64,000 nt of DNA from Ignavibacteriota bacterium (GCA_963801355.1 CAWDEM010000008.1:352001-416000); one strand, 5' to 3'; shown: positions 29,101 to 38,195, numbered from the stretch's first letter. Made by a program: numbers and translations. The notes: a model not told the origin generated them from the letters alone.

Positions 29101-30487
29101 TGTGAGCATCAACGGCACGAATTTCCTCAATGGGGCGAGCGTAGCGTTCAGCGGCACAGGGGTCACGGTCAAGACGGTGGCATTCGTGGGCGCGACACAA
29201 TTGAGCGTGACGCTTGACGTTGCGGGTGATGCCGCTGCCGGAGTTCGTGACGTGACGGTGACTAATCCGGGCGGCTTAACCGGTACAGGCGTGGGTGTGT
29301 TTCAGGTGAGAAGGACGTTGGGACAGGTACTGCTCATGTGGTCGGCGCCTGCGCTCGAGCCAACACTGCCCGCGCCGGGAGGTCTTAGCGCCCAGTTCAA
29401 TGCAAGCGCAGGTATGGCGCTGTCGAAACACACTAACCTGTCCCGATACACACGAAGCGCGAAGGAAGAAGGGGCCACATCTGGTGTACTCCTCACGGGA
29501 CGAAGGCCTATTCAGCTTTCGCCGCAAAGCATCATTAAGGAAGTAGAGCCGAACAACAGTCCGGGACTGGCACAAGTGCTCACGGGTGACACACTGATTG
29601 AAGTGGGGGGACAGGTGGAGGTGCGTGATGTAGGGACGGTGGACGAGATTGGCGATGACATCGAAGATCTGTTCAAGGTCACCACGCTGAAGCCGGGTTT
29701 GACGATTCTTCTGTCGGGTTTCTCTTCTGACTGCGATCTATACTTGATTGATCCCGCAGACACTTCCATCATCGATGCATCATACACCCCCTCTGCAAGC
29801 GGGTATGAATCCATTGAGTGGGAGGATCTCCTGGCCGGGACTTATCTGATCGGGGTTTCGATTTATGATCCGCAGCCCCTGGGGTCTGATTCGACGACTT
29901 ACCTGCTCCAGATTGCCGGGAGCTTTGGGGGGGCAACGAATCTGACCCTGTATTCGTACAACGTGTATCGCTCACGGGCGGCAAATGCCAGGACGACGGG
30001 GCTCAAGATAGGGAATGTGGCAGTCGGCACGACCACATTTTCAGATCCGGTTCCTTACACTGGGAACTTCTTCTATCAGGTGACAGCAGTGTACAACCAG
30101 GGCGAGAGCAGTCCGTCGAATGAAGTATCGAAGGTGGTAACGGAGATTGGGCGGACTCCACCTGCCGCGGTGTTGCCAACCGAGTACGCGTTGAGTCAGA
30201 ATTATCCCAACCCCTTCAACCCGAGCACGACCATCAAGTTCGGGTTGCCCAAATCCTCGGAGGTGAGGTTGAGTGTGTACGACGTGCTTGGCCGGCAGGT
30301 GTCCATGCTGGTGAATGGGAAGAGGGACGCAGGCTATCATGAAGTGAAGTTCGACGGCTCAGGGCTGTCAAGCGGAGTGTACTTCTACAGGATGCAAGTC
30401 CGCCCTCTGGACTCCGCCGTCGGGCGTGACTCCAAGGGCGGAGTGGGGGATGTTGTGCAGACGCGCAAATTGCTCTTGGCCCGTTAA
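26111..30487 (+). CDS. Large multidomain T9SS cargo protein (IPT/TIG, PPC-like repeats, FN3, CTD)
   Basis: Signal peptide; DPLVEL and EVEPNN..DCDLYL PPC-like units; GVRDVTVTNPGG IPT-like; YNVYRS..YQVTAVY..GES FN3; LSQNYPNPFNPST CTD. Confidence 0.88.
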   Translation: MNSSPRSLGLLLLLVMIGAAATGQFASAQTQFSGTLTKIVVDVYSTNRCQDGAIQRDTTHLVLPPGATETPVDISCSWATLTGKITLQIPDVPITGTICWDSSAVCIDGDSPPSVTISISAVGLLNSAIDTTYGHYFMGLITILHIGDTTKTCPQPIDSKSLKFPGSVTLSASSTCAPPALGVLADSARRYVENQLVEFDAGHFASVGASFETGGSSWTYGLEDGYGHQHVFVIRSVYKFTRSVQNPEVAVWTHLPVYAGQVKFSSSKDENLVTIGGYSADIMSVRPESLVVRVPQELVENRGDATKIYNTTPRDVEVIAKVLTGPGQYAEVARFNVRFIPPRLLLFDEVTRPSPPILQAVFQTPGQRAPRTFCFLGKSTDGTAAVRFLNTAKGLARLRVLGKIISPPRPPVYPRGELYDKSDSPSIGNMVNLGISNTGIQFPIDLDGWYIIVAVADTSSYGPFPAQFQIHLAGNVGLPQKLINGLPEPPRGIRLDTYFNHPAPRTETLVNGGLVAGEWAETALFKFANPVSVTQFPIAVLIPPIVDGFPIGTPPVRAAPPSRMGLLPNQAIDPTVPMATTPGSVSPVPGTVIDMAQVPIPASVLDPSPPGGVANLLGPNNGAGVTLPLTTTSGTVSSVILDMGSGNEIVNGPDADLRVVAASGSYQVAVSNTPFANTFIPVGSGNGQQDFDIAATGLTVARFVRLTVTIGSAVIDGVEALNLFTDQIHPTAGPLADVGWSTITVRRQKSPVTAIDPLVELFSPDGSTFGKNESAFGDDTDIDRSDAALIKVALTQQGFYRYVVRGYDINPDEQSFGAFYTRLETAGEYDKVDLTVSTTSEEQTTAQKQGTISLPRQRDSYLFQSSGASTVNIVVNGIGSPALDDPLVELYDPEDFLIAANDNYPGRGRNAVITVTLPTTGRTFPDPSTYRIVVMGVDETAGATTTVGNSVFHARQENGGKYELKVFTGALTGEGPKAPMVADLSPNAAVQGTTNVLVSINGTNFLNGASVAFSGTGVTVKTVAFVGATQLSVTLDVAGDAAAGVRDVTVTNPGGLTGTGVGVFQVRRTLGQVLLMWSAPALEPTLPAPGGLSAQFNASAGMALSKHTNLSRYTRSAKEEGATSGVLLTGRRPIQLSPQSIIKEVEPNNSPGLAQVLTGDTLIEVGGQVEVRDVGTVDEIGDDIEDLFKVTTLKPGLTILLSGFSSDCDLYLIDPADTSIIDASYTPSASGYESIEWEDLLAGTYLIGVSIYDPQPLGSDSTTYLLQIAGSFGGATNLTLYSYNVYRSRAANARTTGLKIGNVAVGTTTFSDPVPYTGNFFYQVTAVYNQGESSPSNEVSKVVTEIGRTPPAAVLPTEYALSQNYPNPFNPSTTIKFGLPKSSEVRLSVYDVLGRQVSMLVNGKRDAGYHEVKFDGSGLSSGVYFYRMQVRPLDSAVGRDSKGGVGDVVQTRKLLLAR

Positions 30488-30513
30488 TCTTCGAGTGAGA
30501 GTGGCAACAAAGT

Positions 30514-30620
30514 GCCCGGGCAGCAATGTCCGGGCGTATCTTTTTCGGCGCAACTGATCACATTAGCGCCCGATTCCTGCCAACTATAAAGCCCACACGC
30601 AGGTGTGGGTTTCTTGTTTT
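30514..30620 (+). terminator. Two tandem intrinsic terminators
   Basis: GCCCGGGCA-gcaa-TGTCCGGGC..TTTTTT and AAAGCCCACAC-gcag-GTGTGGGTTT..TTTT. Confidence 0.6.
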
Positions 30621-30896
30621 ATGTGTTCCTACTCGAACCGAGGCCTCCCCTCTTGCCTTTTTCAAGGAACCTATTCCGAATTCTGCGAAACGCCAATAAA
30701 CCCGCAGAGAGCGGTATTTCTGTGAATCGAGAGGTTCATTCTCCCCTGGCCGTCCAGAATTGCAAAGAAGAACTCTGATGATCAGAACCCTTCCCGGTGC
30801 CCGGAACAGGACATGTCAGCTCTGCGAAGTCAATTGAGGTACAAAGGTACTTCAGAGGACCTCTGCAGGGGGTGGAATGAAGGCGAATGCATGTCC

Positions 30897-30987
30897 TGTA
30901 GGAAAACTCCTACACGAAAACTTCCTGAATTCCTACACGATTTTCAGCATTTGTCCTACAGACATTTGACAGGTCCTGCCGTATATT
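30897..30987 (+). promoter_or_regulatory. Operator-like repeat array upstream of a TATATT -10 element
   Basis: TGTAGGA-N4-TCCTACA palindrome; TCCTACA at 30908, 30931, 30954. Confidence 0.55.
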
Positions 30988-31301
30988 CCCGCCAAGCTTG
31001 ATAGGTCGAATGCGGGATTCCCGCGTCAGACCTGGAAGCGCACCTGAAACTTGCCTCCATCTGCACTCCCTCCTCTCCTGCGGGTATTGTCTTCCGTATT
31101 TACGCATCGTGGCTCGACACGGGAGTCATCGAGTTGCCGAGTGTTTTGTCCTTCGCACCACCCGATGGCCCTCTCTCTTCTGCATCAGGTCAACGGCTGG
31201 ATTCGGCGTATTCGCTTGGCATTGTTTTTCTGCACGTCACGCCTTGGTCTCGCGAGCACCGCCAGACTCACGGCGATCATCATTCACTTCGGGGAGGGAA
31301 T

Positions 31302-33824
31302 ATGAGAACCACGATCGCGATCCTAATCATTTTCTTGACCTCACTGGCTCAAGCAAAGGATTATCCACTCAAGGAGGGCGCTCCCGGAGGTCGTGCCGGA
31401 CTCCACGGCACATGCTGTGCAGCGCATCAGCCCCCAATGCTTCAAAGTCAGGACCCTTTGAACGCGCTGCTCGGCAATAACTCGGTGGGCTACACTCCTT
31501 GGGTCAATCACATCACCGGACTTCCCAGCACCTATTATGTGCAGGCGGTGCGAGCTGTTGACAGCAACATCGTTTGGGGGATTGCCGGCCTCTACGATAA
31601 GGCCAAGTTTGCTGTCCATTCGACGAATCGTGGAGCAACATGGACTTGCGACACCATCAAGATTGCCCCAACACTTTTTTGCAGCTCCGGCATCTATGCG
31701 CTTGATGCATCCAGGGCGTGGTTGCTAATGCACAACCACAGCGCTTTGGCAGGTGGCGGTGTCTTCAGGACAACCAATGGCGGGGTGACATGGAACGAAG
31801 ATACGACTGCTTTCAAGACTAAGAATGGCTGGGCCGATTTCATACATTTCTTTGATGCCAACAATGGCGTGTGTGTGGGCGATCCGCAAACCGGCTACTT
31901 TGAGATTTATACAACATCAAATGCCGGCGCAAGCTGGTCGCGTGTCCCAGAGGCGAATATTCCCGCGCCAAACAGTGGTGAGTACGCCATCATGAATCAG
32001 TACACTGCTGCTGGGAATTCACTCTGGTTTCCCACCTCCGCGAGTGGGACGGGCAGAATCTATAGAACCACCGATAAGGGCGTGACATGGTCAGTCGTTG
32101 TCCATCCCCAGTGTGCAACAGACTGGTGGCCTACGATCGAGTTTCAGGATGAGAACGTCGGTCTTGGCAATGGACAATTGGGAGAGATAATGAAGACCAC
32201 GGATGGCGGAGTCACCTGGACAATGGCTTCCACCCCATCCAAACTTGGGATTGCATACCTTGCGTATGTTCCTCACACATCGGGCATGTATGTTGGAAGC
32301 TTCTGGCGCCCTGAGTCCGCGCTGGTCCAACCGGCCCTGTATGGAACTGTCTACACAACCGATGGTGGCGCAAACTGGACAATTGCACATACCGGGTATG
32401 GAGTTGGGGGGTATGTCGATTTCTTCAACGGCTCCACCGGCTGGGCCACCGGGGAGACGAACAACATTTATGAATGGAGGTTCCCCGGGGGACGATACAC
32501 GGGAGTGCATCCCGACTCGCTCGCATTCGTTATGCTGGAAGCAGGACTTTCGACCGACACGAATACCGTCGACTTCGTCAACCACGGGACCGACGCGGTG
32601 ACGCTCTCGAGCATTGTGTCGCCAGGGAGCAATTTCACTGTTGTCAAGCAGCCGGTGCTGCCGGCGGTGATCCAGAGTCTCGGCTCCGTAAAAATCGGCA
32701 TCCGTTTCACGCCGCGTGTGGACGGTGTCATTCGCGACTCGCTCGTCTTCGTGAGTAATGCATTCAACGCACCGGCACTCCCTCTGTATCTCGATGGGAA
32801 AGGGCTCATTGTGCAGCCTGCCCAGATGGGAACGCTTTATGGCACGTCGAAATCGCTCATTTCACTGAACCTGTCCACTGGAATCCCCATTGTCGTCGGG
32901 TCTCTTGGAGGCACCACATTTAACGGCCTGACAATCCGTCCTAGTACAGGACTGCTCTATGGGGTAGTGGCCGGTCCTGCCGGGTCGACAGTCTACAGGA
33001 TTAGCTGTGGAAGTGCGAATTTTGTATCGGCAGTCGCCTTCCCGATGAACATGAGAGCGATTGCCTTCAATCGCAATGGCGAATTCTATGGTGCTTCAAG
33101 GCTTGGCAGGCTCTACCGGCTGAACCTTGCCACAGGTGACACCGTCGGGATCGGGACCGCCCCGGGAATGTCCTATGCAAGCATTGCCTTTAGTCCCACA
33201 GGCAAGCTCTGGGCAACTGCCCTGCCAGCAGGCTCAGGCAAGGACAGAGTCTACACTCTCAATACGACCACTGGCGAAGCAACACTTATAGGAGCAACCG
33301 GTGACAGTGCCTATACACCAAGCATCTTTTTCACTCCTGACGGCAAACTGTACGGGCTGAAAGGTGTCGGCGTGGAGCCCAACAGCGTGATCTCGATCGA
33401 TACTCTGACCGGTGTCGGGGAACCACTCCTATCGCTGGGAACAAGCGGGGTGACTGCTATCACGATGCCGACGTTCGGAGTTCAGGTCGGAGTCACAGCA
33501 AAAGAAGAAAAAACCTGCACATTCGCACTGGAACAGAACTACCCCAACCCCTTCAACCCGAGCACGACGATCCGGTACGGTCTGCCTAATCGCTCGCATG
33601 TGAGTTTGACGGTATTCAACACACTGGGCCAACAGGTTGCCCTTCTTCAGGATGGGGGACAGGAAGCAGGGTACCACGAGGTCAGGTTCGAGGGGAGCGG
33701 GCTATCGAGCGGAGTCTATTTCTACAGGATTCAGGCCCGCCCTCTTGACTACGCCGTCGGGCGTGACTCCAAGAGCGGAGCAGGATCCTTTGTACTGACT
33801 CGCAAGCTCGTCTTGCTCCGGTGA
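31302..33824 (+). CDS. T9SS cargo: BNR/YCF48-like propeller + ASH (choice-of-anchor D-like) + second propeller + CTD
   Basis: GGGAGG SD; repeated TT(N/D)GG.(T/S)W BNR motifs; NHGTDAVTLSSI..RFTP; LEQNYPNPFNPST. Confidence 0.88.
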   Translation: MRTTIAILIIFLTSLAQAKDYPLKEGAPGGRAGLHGTCCAAHQPPMLQSQDPLNALLGNNSVGYTPWVNHITGLPSTYYVQAVRAVDSNIVWGIAGLYDKAKFAVHSTNRGATWTCDTIKIAPTLFCSSGIYALDASRAWLLMHNHSALAGGGVFRTTNGGVTWNEDTTAFKTKNGWADFIHFFDANNGVCVGDPQTGYFEIYTTSNAGASWSRVPEANIPAPNSGEYAIMNQYTAAGNSLWFPTSASGTGRIYRTTDKGVTWSVVVHPQCATDWWPTIEFQDENVGLGNGQLGEIMKTTDGGVTWTMASTPSKLGIAYLAYVPHTSGMYVGSFWRPESALVQPALYGTVYTTDGGANWTIAHTGYGVGGYVDFFNGSTGWATGETNNIYEWRFPGGRYTGVHPDSLAFVMLEAGLSTDTNTVDFVNHGTDAVTLSSIVSPGSNFTVVKQPVLPAVIQSLGSVKIGIRFTPRVDGVIRDSLVFVSNAFNAPALPLYLDGKGLIVQPAQMGTLYGTSKSLISLNLSTGIPIVVGSLGGTTFNGLTIRPSTGLLYGVVAGPAGSTVYRISCGSANFVSAVAFPMNMRAIAFNRNGEFYGASRLGRLYRLNLATGDTVGIGTAPGMSYASIAFSPTGKLWATALPAGSGKDRVYTLNTTTGEATLIGATGDSAYTPSIFFTPDGKLYGLKGVGVEPNSVISIDTLTGVGEPLLSLGTSGVTAITMPTFGVQVGVTAKEEKTCTFALEQNYPNPFNPSTTIRYGLPNRSHVSLTVFNTLGQQVALLQDGGQEAGYHEVRFEGSGLSSGVYFYRIQARPLDYAVGRDSKSGAGSFVLTRKLVLLR

Positions 33825-33895
33825 CGGGTGCACCATTCTCAGGGTAAACAAGAGGGTCCAGCAGCCATCACTGGGCCCTTCGTGTTTCAGTTTAA

Positions 33896-34132
33896 TGGTA
33901 TCCGTGCTGTGTACAGGCTGGAGGCGAACAAGACAAGGCAAAAGAGGTGCTGGAATAATGTCTGAGCCTCAATGCCGGCAGCGAAAACCGACCCCTGCAA
34001 CTCTATCTCCTGACGAAAATCCATATCTCCCGGCATGAAGAGGATTTGGCAAGGAACTATCTGGAGATGCTCAGGAAGGAGTTCCCCCGGGACAAATACA
34101 GGTCGATGGGGGAGGGACTTTTCAAGAAATAG
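33896..34132 (+). pseudogene. Remnant of a TPR-like gene
   Basis: One frame reads QDKAKEVLE*CLSLN..QLYLLTKIHISRHEEDLARNYLEMLRKEFPRDKY..* with an internal TAA at 33956 and no start. Confidence 0.45.
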
Positions 34133-34795
34133 AAAGCCGGTGAACTTGAGGCAGAATGTCGACCGACGATCAGGTCCCCTGCTCTTTGCGCTTGGAGGGA
34201 ACAAAGCGGGCCCACTTTGCGTTAAGGCATCTGAGCGAGACGGTGATGGATTTGTCCCGATAATGTATCACTTAATCTGTTCCAGTGCGTAGCACACCTA
34301 CTTCGCGCCTCAGGTAAGCGCCGCAATTCAGACTTGGATTCTGTGAATGCAGATGTCTGCTGGAACTATACCCGAGGCATCCAATTTTTCCATCTCAAAT
34401 TCCATTTCAATCAGGGCCACCGCAGAGAGGCACGGGGTATTTGGATCATCGTTGGTGATGCGTTGTCGAAATTTGAGACAACACCGCTGCTCACGGTCGA
34501 GCAGACTCTAGACGCCCTTCGCCGTGCGCAGAATGTCGCCTACCGGCCACCCGGAGAGTAGTCAAGCGGCAACGTCCTATGTCAGCGGCCATCGTGCGGT
34601 CAATTCAAAATATGGGGTACTGCGGGTAGCACGCCGGACTGCGGCGTCCGCTTTCTGAATGGGCACATATGGATCTGCCCAACGCGGGTTTGGAACTCGT
34701 TGAGAGCCGTTGTGTTTGCAGCGACTGTCTTCGGCGTGTGGATTCTTCGTGAGAAGGCGAGGAAGGACTCCCGAAAGTCACCGAGTGTGAGGCTG

Positions 34796-34885
34796 CGGAG
34801 GGGGAGAGATTCGAACTCTCGGTAGAGGTGTAACCCCTACGACGGTTTAGCAAACCGTTGGTTTCGGCCACTCACCCACCCCTCC
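34796..34885 (-). tRNA. tRNA-Ser(GCT)
   Basis: GGAGGGG acceptor stem; ACGGT-TTGCTAA-ACCGT anticodon arm; long variable arm; GTTCGAATC; CCA not encoded. Confidence 0.96.
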
Positions 34886-34925
34886 AGGATGGATTCCGCT
34901 CCGAAAAGACCGAAAACACTGACCC

Positions 34926-34984
34926 AAGATAAGCAAAAATGAAGAATCGCGCAAGGCCACGCGCTTGATTCTTCATTCGCTTTT
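34926..34984 (-). terminator. Hairpin terminator of the phosphoesterase gene, overlapping the tRNA-Ser promoter
   Basis: AATGAAGAATC..GATTCTTCATT inverted repeat; minus-strand TTGCGC-17-TATCTT at 34954-34926. Confidence 0.55.
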
Positions 34985-34994
34985 GTGCAATTTT

Positions 34995-35696
34995 CTATGT
35001 TCCCTGGTACAAGCGTCGCGCAAGAAATTCGGGGAGTCCGGCACTCAGGATCGCCTCCGCGGTTTTCTCCACTGCATACGGAACACGGACGAGCTCGTAC
35101 CGGCCTGAATCGCTGTCGTAAACCCCAAACGCCGCAGCAGGATGGCCGTCGCGGGGTTGCCCCACGCTCCCGATGTTGATGATGTATCGCCCATCAGTCG
35201 TGTAGCGGTTCACCGTGCCGTCTTCGCCCAGGATCACGGGGACATGCGTGTGCCCGATGAAACAGAGACGCGTGTCGAATGCCCGGAAATTCTTCGCCCC
35301 TCCCCGCACGGTATGCAGATAGTGCCACTCGGAGGGCTCGAACGGCGATGCGTGAACGAGCGTGCAGGCGCCGTGCGTCAATGAGAGCGGGAGGTCTCGC
35401 AGGTACGCCATGTGGCCCGCTTCAAGCGCTCCCCGCGTCCAGAAGATTGCCCGGAGCCCGTACTCGTTGAAATCATCGACGGGCGTGCCTCCGATGACAC
35501 CGCTGTCGTGGTTCCCGGTGACCACGAGGGAACAACGCGCCCGGATGATCTCCAGACATTGGTTGGGGAAGGGGCCGTAACCGACGATGTCGCCAAGACA
35601 CCACACCGTCGTTATCTTCCGCTCGTCGATCGCGGAGATCACCGCTTCAAGCGCCGCGAGGTTGGAGTGGATGTCGGAAAGTATTGCAGTTTGCAT
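34995..35696 (-). CDS. Calcineurin-like metallophosphoesterase
   Basis: SDIHSN, LGDIVGYGP, GNHD, HASP, GHTH, NIGSVGQPRD; ATG at 35696. Confidence 0.92.
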   Translation of the reverse strand: MQTAILSDIHSNLAALEAVISAIDERKITTVWCLGDIVGYGPFPNQCLEIIRARCSLVVTGNHDSGVIGGTPVDDFNEYGLRAIFWTRGALEAGHMAYLRDLPLSLTHGACTLVHASPFEPSEWHYLHTVRGGAKNFRAFDTRLCFIGHTHVPVILGEDGTVNRYTTDGRYIINIGSVGQPRDGHPAAAFGVYDSDSGRYELVRVPYAVEKTAEAILSAGLPEFLARRLYQGT

Positions 35697-35759
35697 GGAT
35701 AGAATTGCGTTGTTGCACCCAAGTAATGGATTCCTGAACAAAACGCAAGAGGATCGTAC

Positions 35760-38195
35760 GTGCACACCCTGACGTGCCCGGCTTCGAGATTCACCCGCGC
35801 GCTGTACGGCGCCGCGCTCTGCACCGCGCTCTTGCTCCAGGCGTCGGGGCCGATCGCCACGGGGCAAACAAGTGAACAACTCCGCCGGCAGGCCGAACTT
35901 CAGCTGCGCCAGATGTCTCCCGACGACATAGAACGGGCGTTGAAGGAGTACGGGCTGAGCATCGAGGAGGCAACCAAGCGGGCCCGCCTGCTGGGAATAT
36001 CGCTCGAGGAATTTCTGCTGAAGGGGTACGCGGCAAAAGGCGAGATCGGGAAGAGTGTGCCTACCGATCCACGCGTGTTCTGGCAAGGCGCCAACCCGAA
36101 TATCTTGCGATCCGACAGCATCCTGCCCTCCGTGGCAATTCCTCCCCCGCTCAAGCTGGAATCAGTCGCCGGTTTCCATGGCCGCGAAAGCATCGACTCA
36201 CTGATCCAGCCGTTCGGATATTCGCTCTTCCATTATCCTCCTTCCACATTCGTGCCGTCGCTGAGTGTGGCCACACCCTCATCGTATGTGCTGGGAGCGG
36301 GGGACGACGTGATGATCACTGTGTGGGGAGAAACCCAGCTCAATTATCAATTGCAGGTGAACCGTGAAGGGAACGTCCATGTGCCCGAGGTCGGTCCAGT
36401 GCTGGCACAAGGTCTTACGGTCCAACAGTTCCGTGAGCGGCTCTTGCGCCGGATGTCGGCTGTCTACTCGGGTCTCGCCGGCGGGTCCGGCAGAGCGAGG
36501 GCGTTCCTGGATGTGTCCATCGGAAAACTGAAAACTATTCAAGTACTCGTGCTCGGCGAGGTGAGAAAGCCGGGTGGCTACGGACTCTCCTCGATGTCCA
36601 CCGTTCTTCATGCCATGTATCTTGCCGGCGGGCCGACTACCGAGGGCACGCTCCGCAACATTCAAGTGATGCGCAAGGGGGAAACCGTTGCCGGAATAGA
36701 CCTGTACAGCTACATCCTCAAGGGCGACAGGTCAGCGGATGTGCCGTTGCAGGATGGCGACATTGTGTTCGTGAAACCGGTCACACGCCGCGCGGCGATC
36801 GTCGGTCGTATCCTCCGTCCGGCGATTTACGAGCTTCTAGAAGGAGAGCACCTCGGAGACCTTGTGACCCTTGCAGGGGGACCGCGTTTTGACGCTTACA
36901 CGAATCGTCTCCACATCGAACGGATCATCCCATTCAACCGCCGGCATGAATACGACCGCGACATACTGGACTTCGACGCGAACTTCGACACCCTGCCGTC
37001 GCTGCTTTCGAGTCCTCTCACGTTGGAAACCGGGGATGTCGTGACGGTCTATGGACTCCAGTCACGGTTCCAGAACCGCGTAGCTATCGGAGGGAGCGTC
37101 AACAAGCCGGGGCCGTTCCAGTTACTGCCGGGGATGAGGATTGCGGATCTGATCCGGGCCGCGGACAGCCTCAGTCTGAGTTCCTTCTCTGAGCGCGGAA
37201 CGCTGTTCCGCACATTGCCCAACCTCCGGAAGCAGGTCTTCGGTTTCAACCCGCGGCTTGCACTCGCCGGCGGCGGGCAGGACAATATCCTGCTGCAGAA
37301 CGAAGACAGCGTCGTCATCTATGGCGAGAGCCAGTTTTCGCCGCGCCACACGGTGAGAATCTTCGGCGCCGTCAAGATGCCGGGGGAATACCCGCGGCTT
37401 GATGAAATGCACGTCGCGGATCTCGTGGTGATGGCGGGTGGTCTTGCCGACGCGGCATCTGTTGAGGGTTGGGAATTGTCGCGGGTTGATACAACGGACA
37501 CACGCAGCTATGCGCGTGTCATCAAGATTGACAGCCGGACGGCATACTGGGAAGAAGGTATCCCGGACGATCTGGCGTTGCACGACTTTGATGTTCTCTT
37601 CATACCGTTCAACCCGAAAATCACCTTACAGAAGTTCGTCCGTATTTCCGGATCGGTCATGTATCCCGGCGTCTATGCCATCAGGTCCGAAGGGGAGCGG
37701 GTTGCAGATATCCTGCACAGGGCCGGCGGGTTGCGGCCCGGCGCATACATGGAAGCCTCACGCTTGTTCCGGAAATTCAACAACGCCGGACTCATTCCGC
37801 TGGATTTCCGGAACGCGATCGAAGACCCACTTGCGCGCGACAACATTGTGGTTTACGACGGTGACTCCATCCACGTGGCAATCACCGAAGATGTCGTGTA
37901 CGTCAGCGGTGAAGTCTATGTGCCTTCACCGGTGCTCTTTGAAGAAGGGGAGGGGCTCAGCTACTACATTCGCCAGGCCGGGGGGTACAAGGAGGAAGCC
38001 GAAAAAAGCAACACCGTTGTATTCTTGCCGGGGGGGAAGAAATGGGAGCACGGGGATATACTTCCCGGGAGCACGATTCTCGTCCCGAGGGAGCTCGACA
38101 AGCCGGATACAACCCTTCCCATCCTTCGTGACCTCGCGACGATTCTGGCCAGTCTTGCCGCCATCACCGTCGCGCTGATTCAGGTTTCAAAATAA
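35760..38195 (+). CDS. Polysaccharide export protein with SLBB repeats (Wza/KpsD-like)
   Basis: PFGYSLF, YVLGAGD..TVWG, repeated GEV/GSV..PG..Y SLBB units. Confidence 0.9.
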   Translation: MHTLTCPASRFTRALYGAALCTALLLQASGPIATGQTSEQLRRQAELQLRQMSPDDIERALKEYGLSIEEATKRARLLGISLEEFLLKGYAAKGEIGKSVPTDPRVFWQGANPNILRSDSILPSVAIPPPLKLESVAGFHGRESIDSLIQPFGYSLFHYPPSTFVPSLSVATPSSYVLGAGDDVMITVWGETQLNYQLQVNREGNVHVPEVGPVLAQGLTVQQFRERLLRRMSAVYSGLAGGSGRARAFLDVSIGKLKTIQVLVLGEVRKPGGYGLSSMSTVLHAMYLAGGPTTEGTLRNIQVMRKGETVAGIDLYSYILKGDRSADVPLQDGDIVFVKPVTRRAAIVGRILRPAIYELLEGEHLGDLVTLAGGPRFDAYTNRLHIERIIPFNRRHEYDRDILDFDANFDTLPSLLSSPLTLETGDVVTVYGLQSRFQNRVAIGGSVNKPGPFQLLPGMRIADLIRAADSLSLSSFSERGTLFRTLPNLRKQVFGFNPRLALAGGGQDNILLQNEDSVVIYGESQFSPRHTVRIFGAVKMPGEYPRLDEMHVADLVVMAGGLADAASVEGWELSRVDTTDTRSYARVIKIDSRTAYWEEGIPDDLALHDFDVLFIPFNPKITLQKFVRISGSVMYPGVYAIRSEGERVADILHRAGGLRPGAYMEASRLFRKFNNAGLIPLDFRNAIEDPLARDNIVVYDGDSIHVAITEDVVYVSGEVYVPSPVLFEEGEGLSYYIRQAGGYKEEAEKSNTVVFLPGGKKWEHGDILPGSTILVPRELDKPDTTLPILRDLATILASLAAITVALIQVSK

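Noticed and set aside
30966-30987. TTGACA...TATATT as a canonical promoter pair
   Set aside because: The spacer is only 10 nt, so the two hexamers cannot form one sigma70 promoter.
25400-33824. Diversity-generating retroelement suggested by similar C-terminal repeats
   Set aside because: Differences between copies are not adenine-specific and no reverse transcriptase or template repeat is present.
34605-34871. 88-aa minus ORF (and 39420-39697 ORFs)
   Set aside because: They run through tRNA or SRP RNA genes; spurious.
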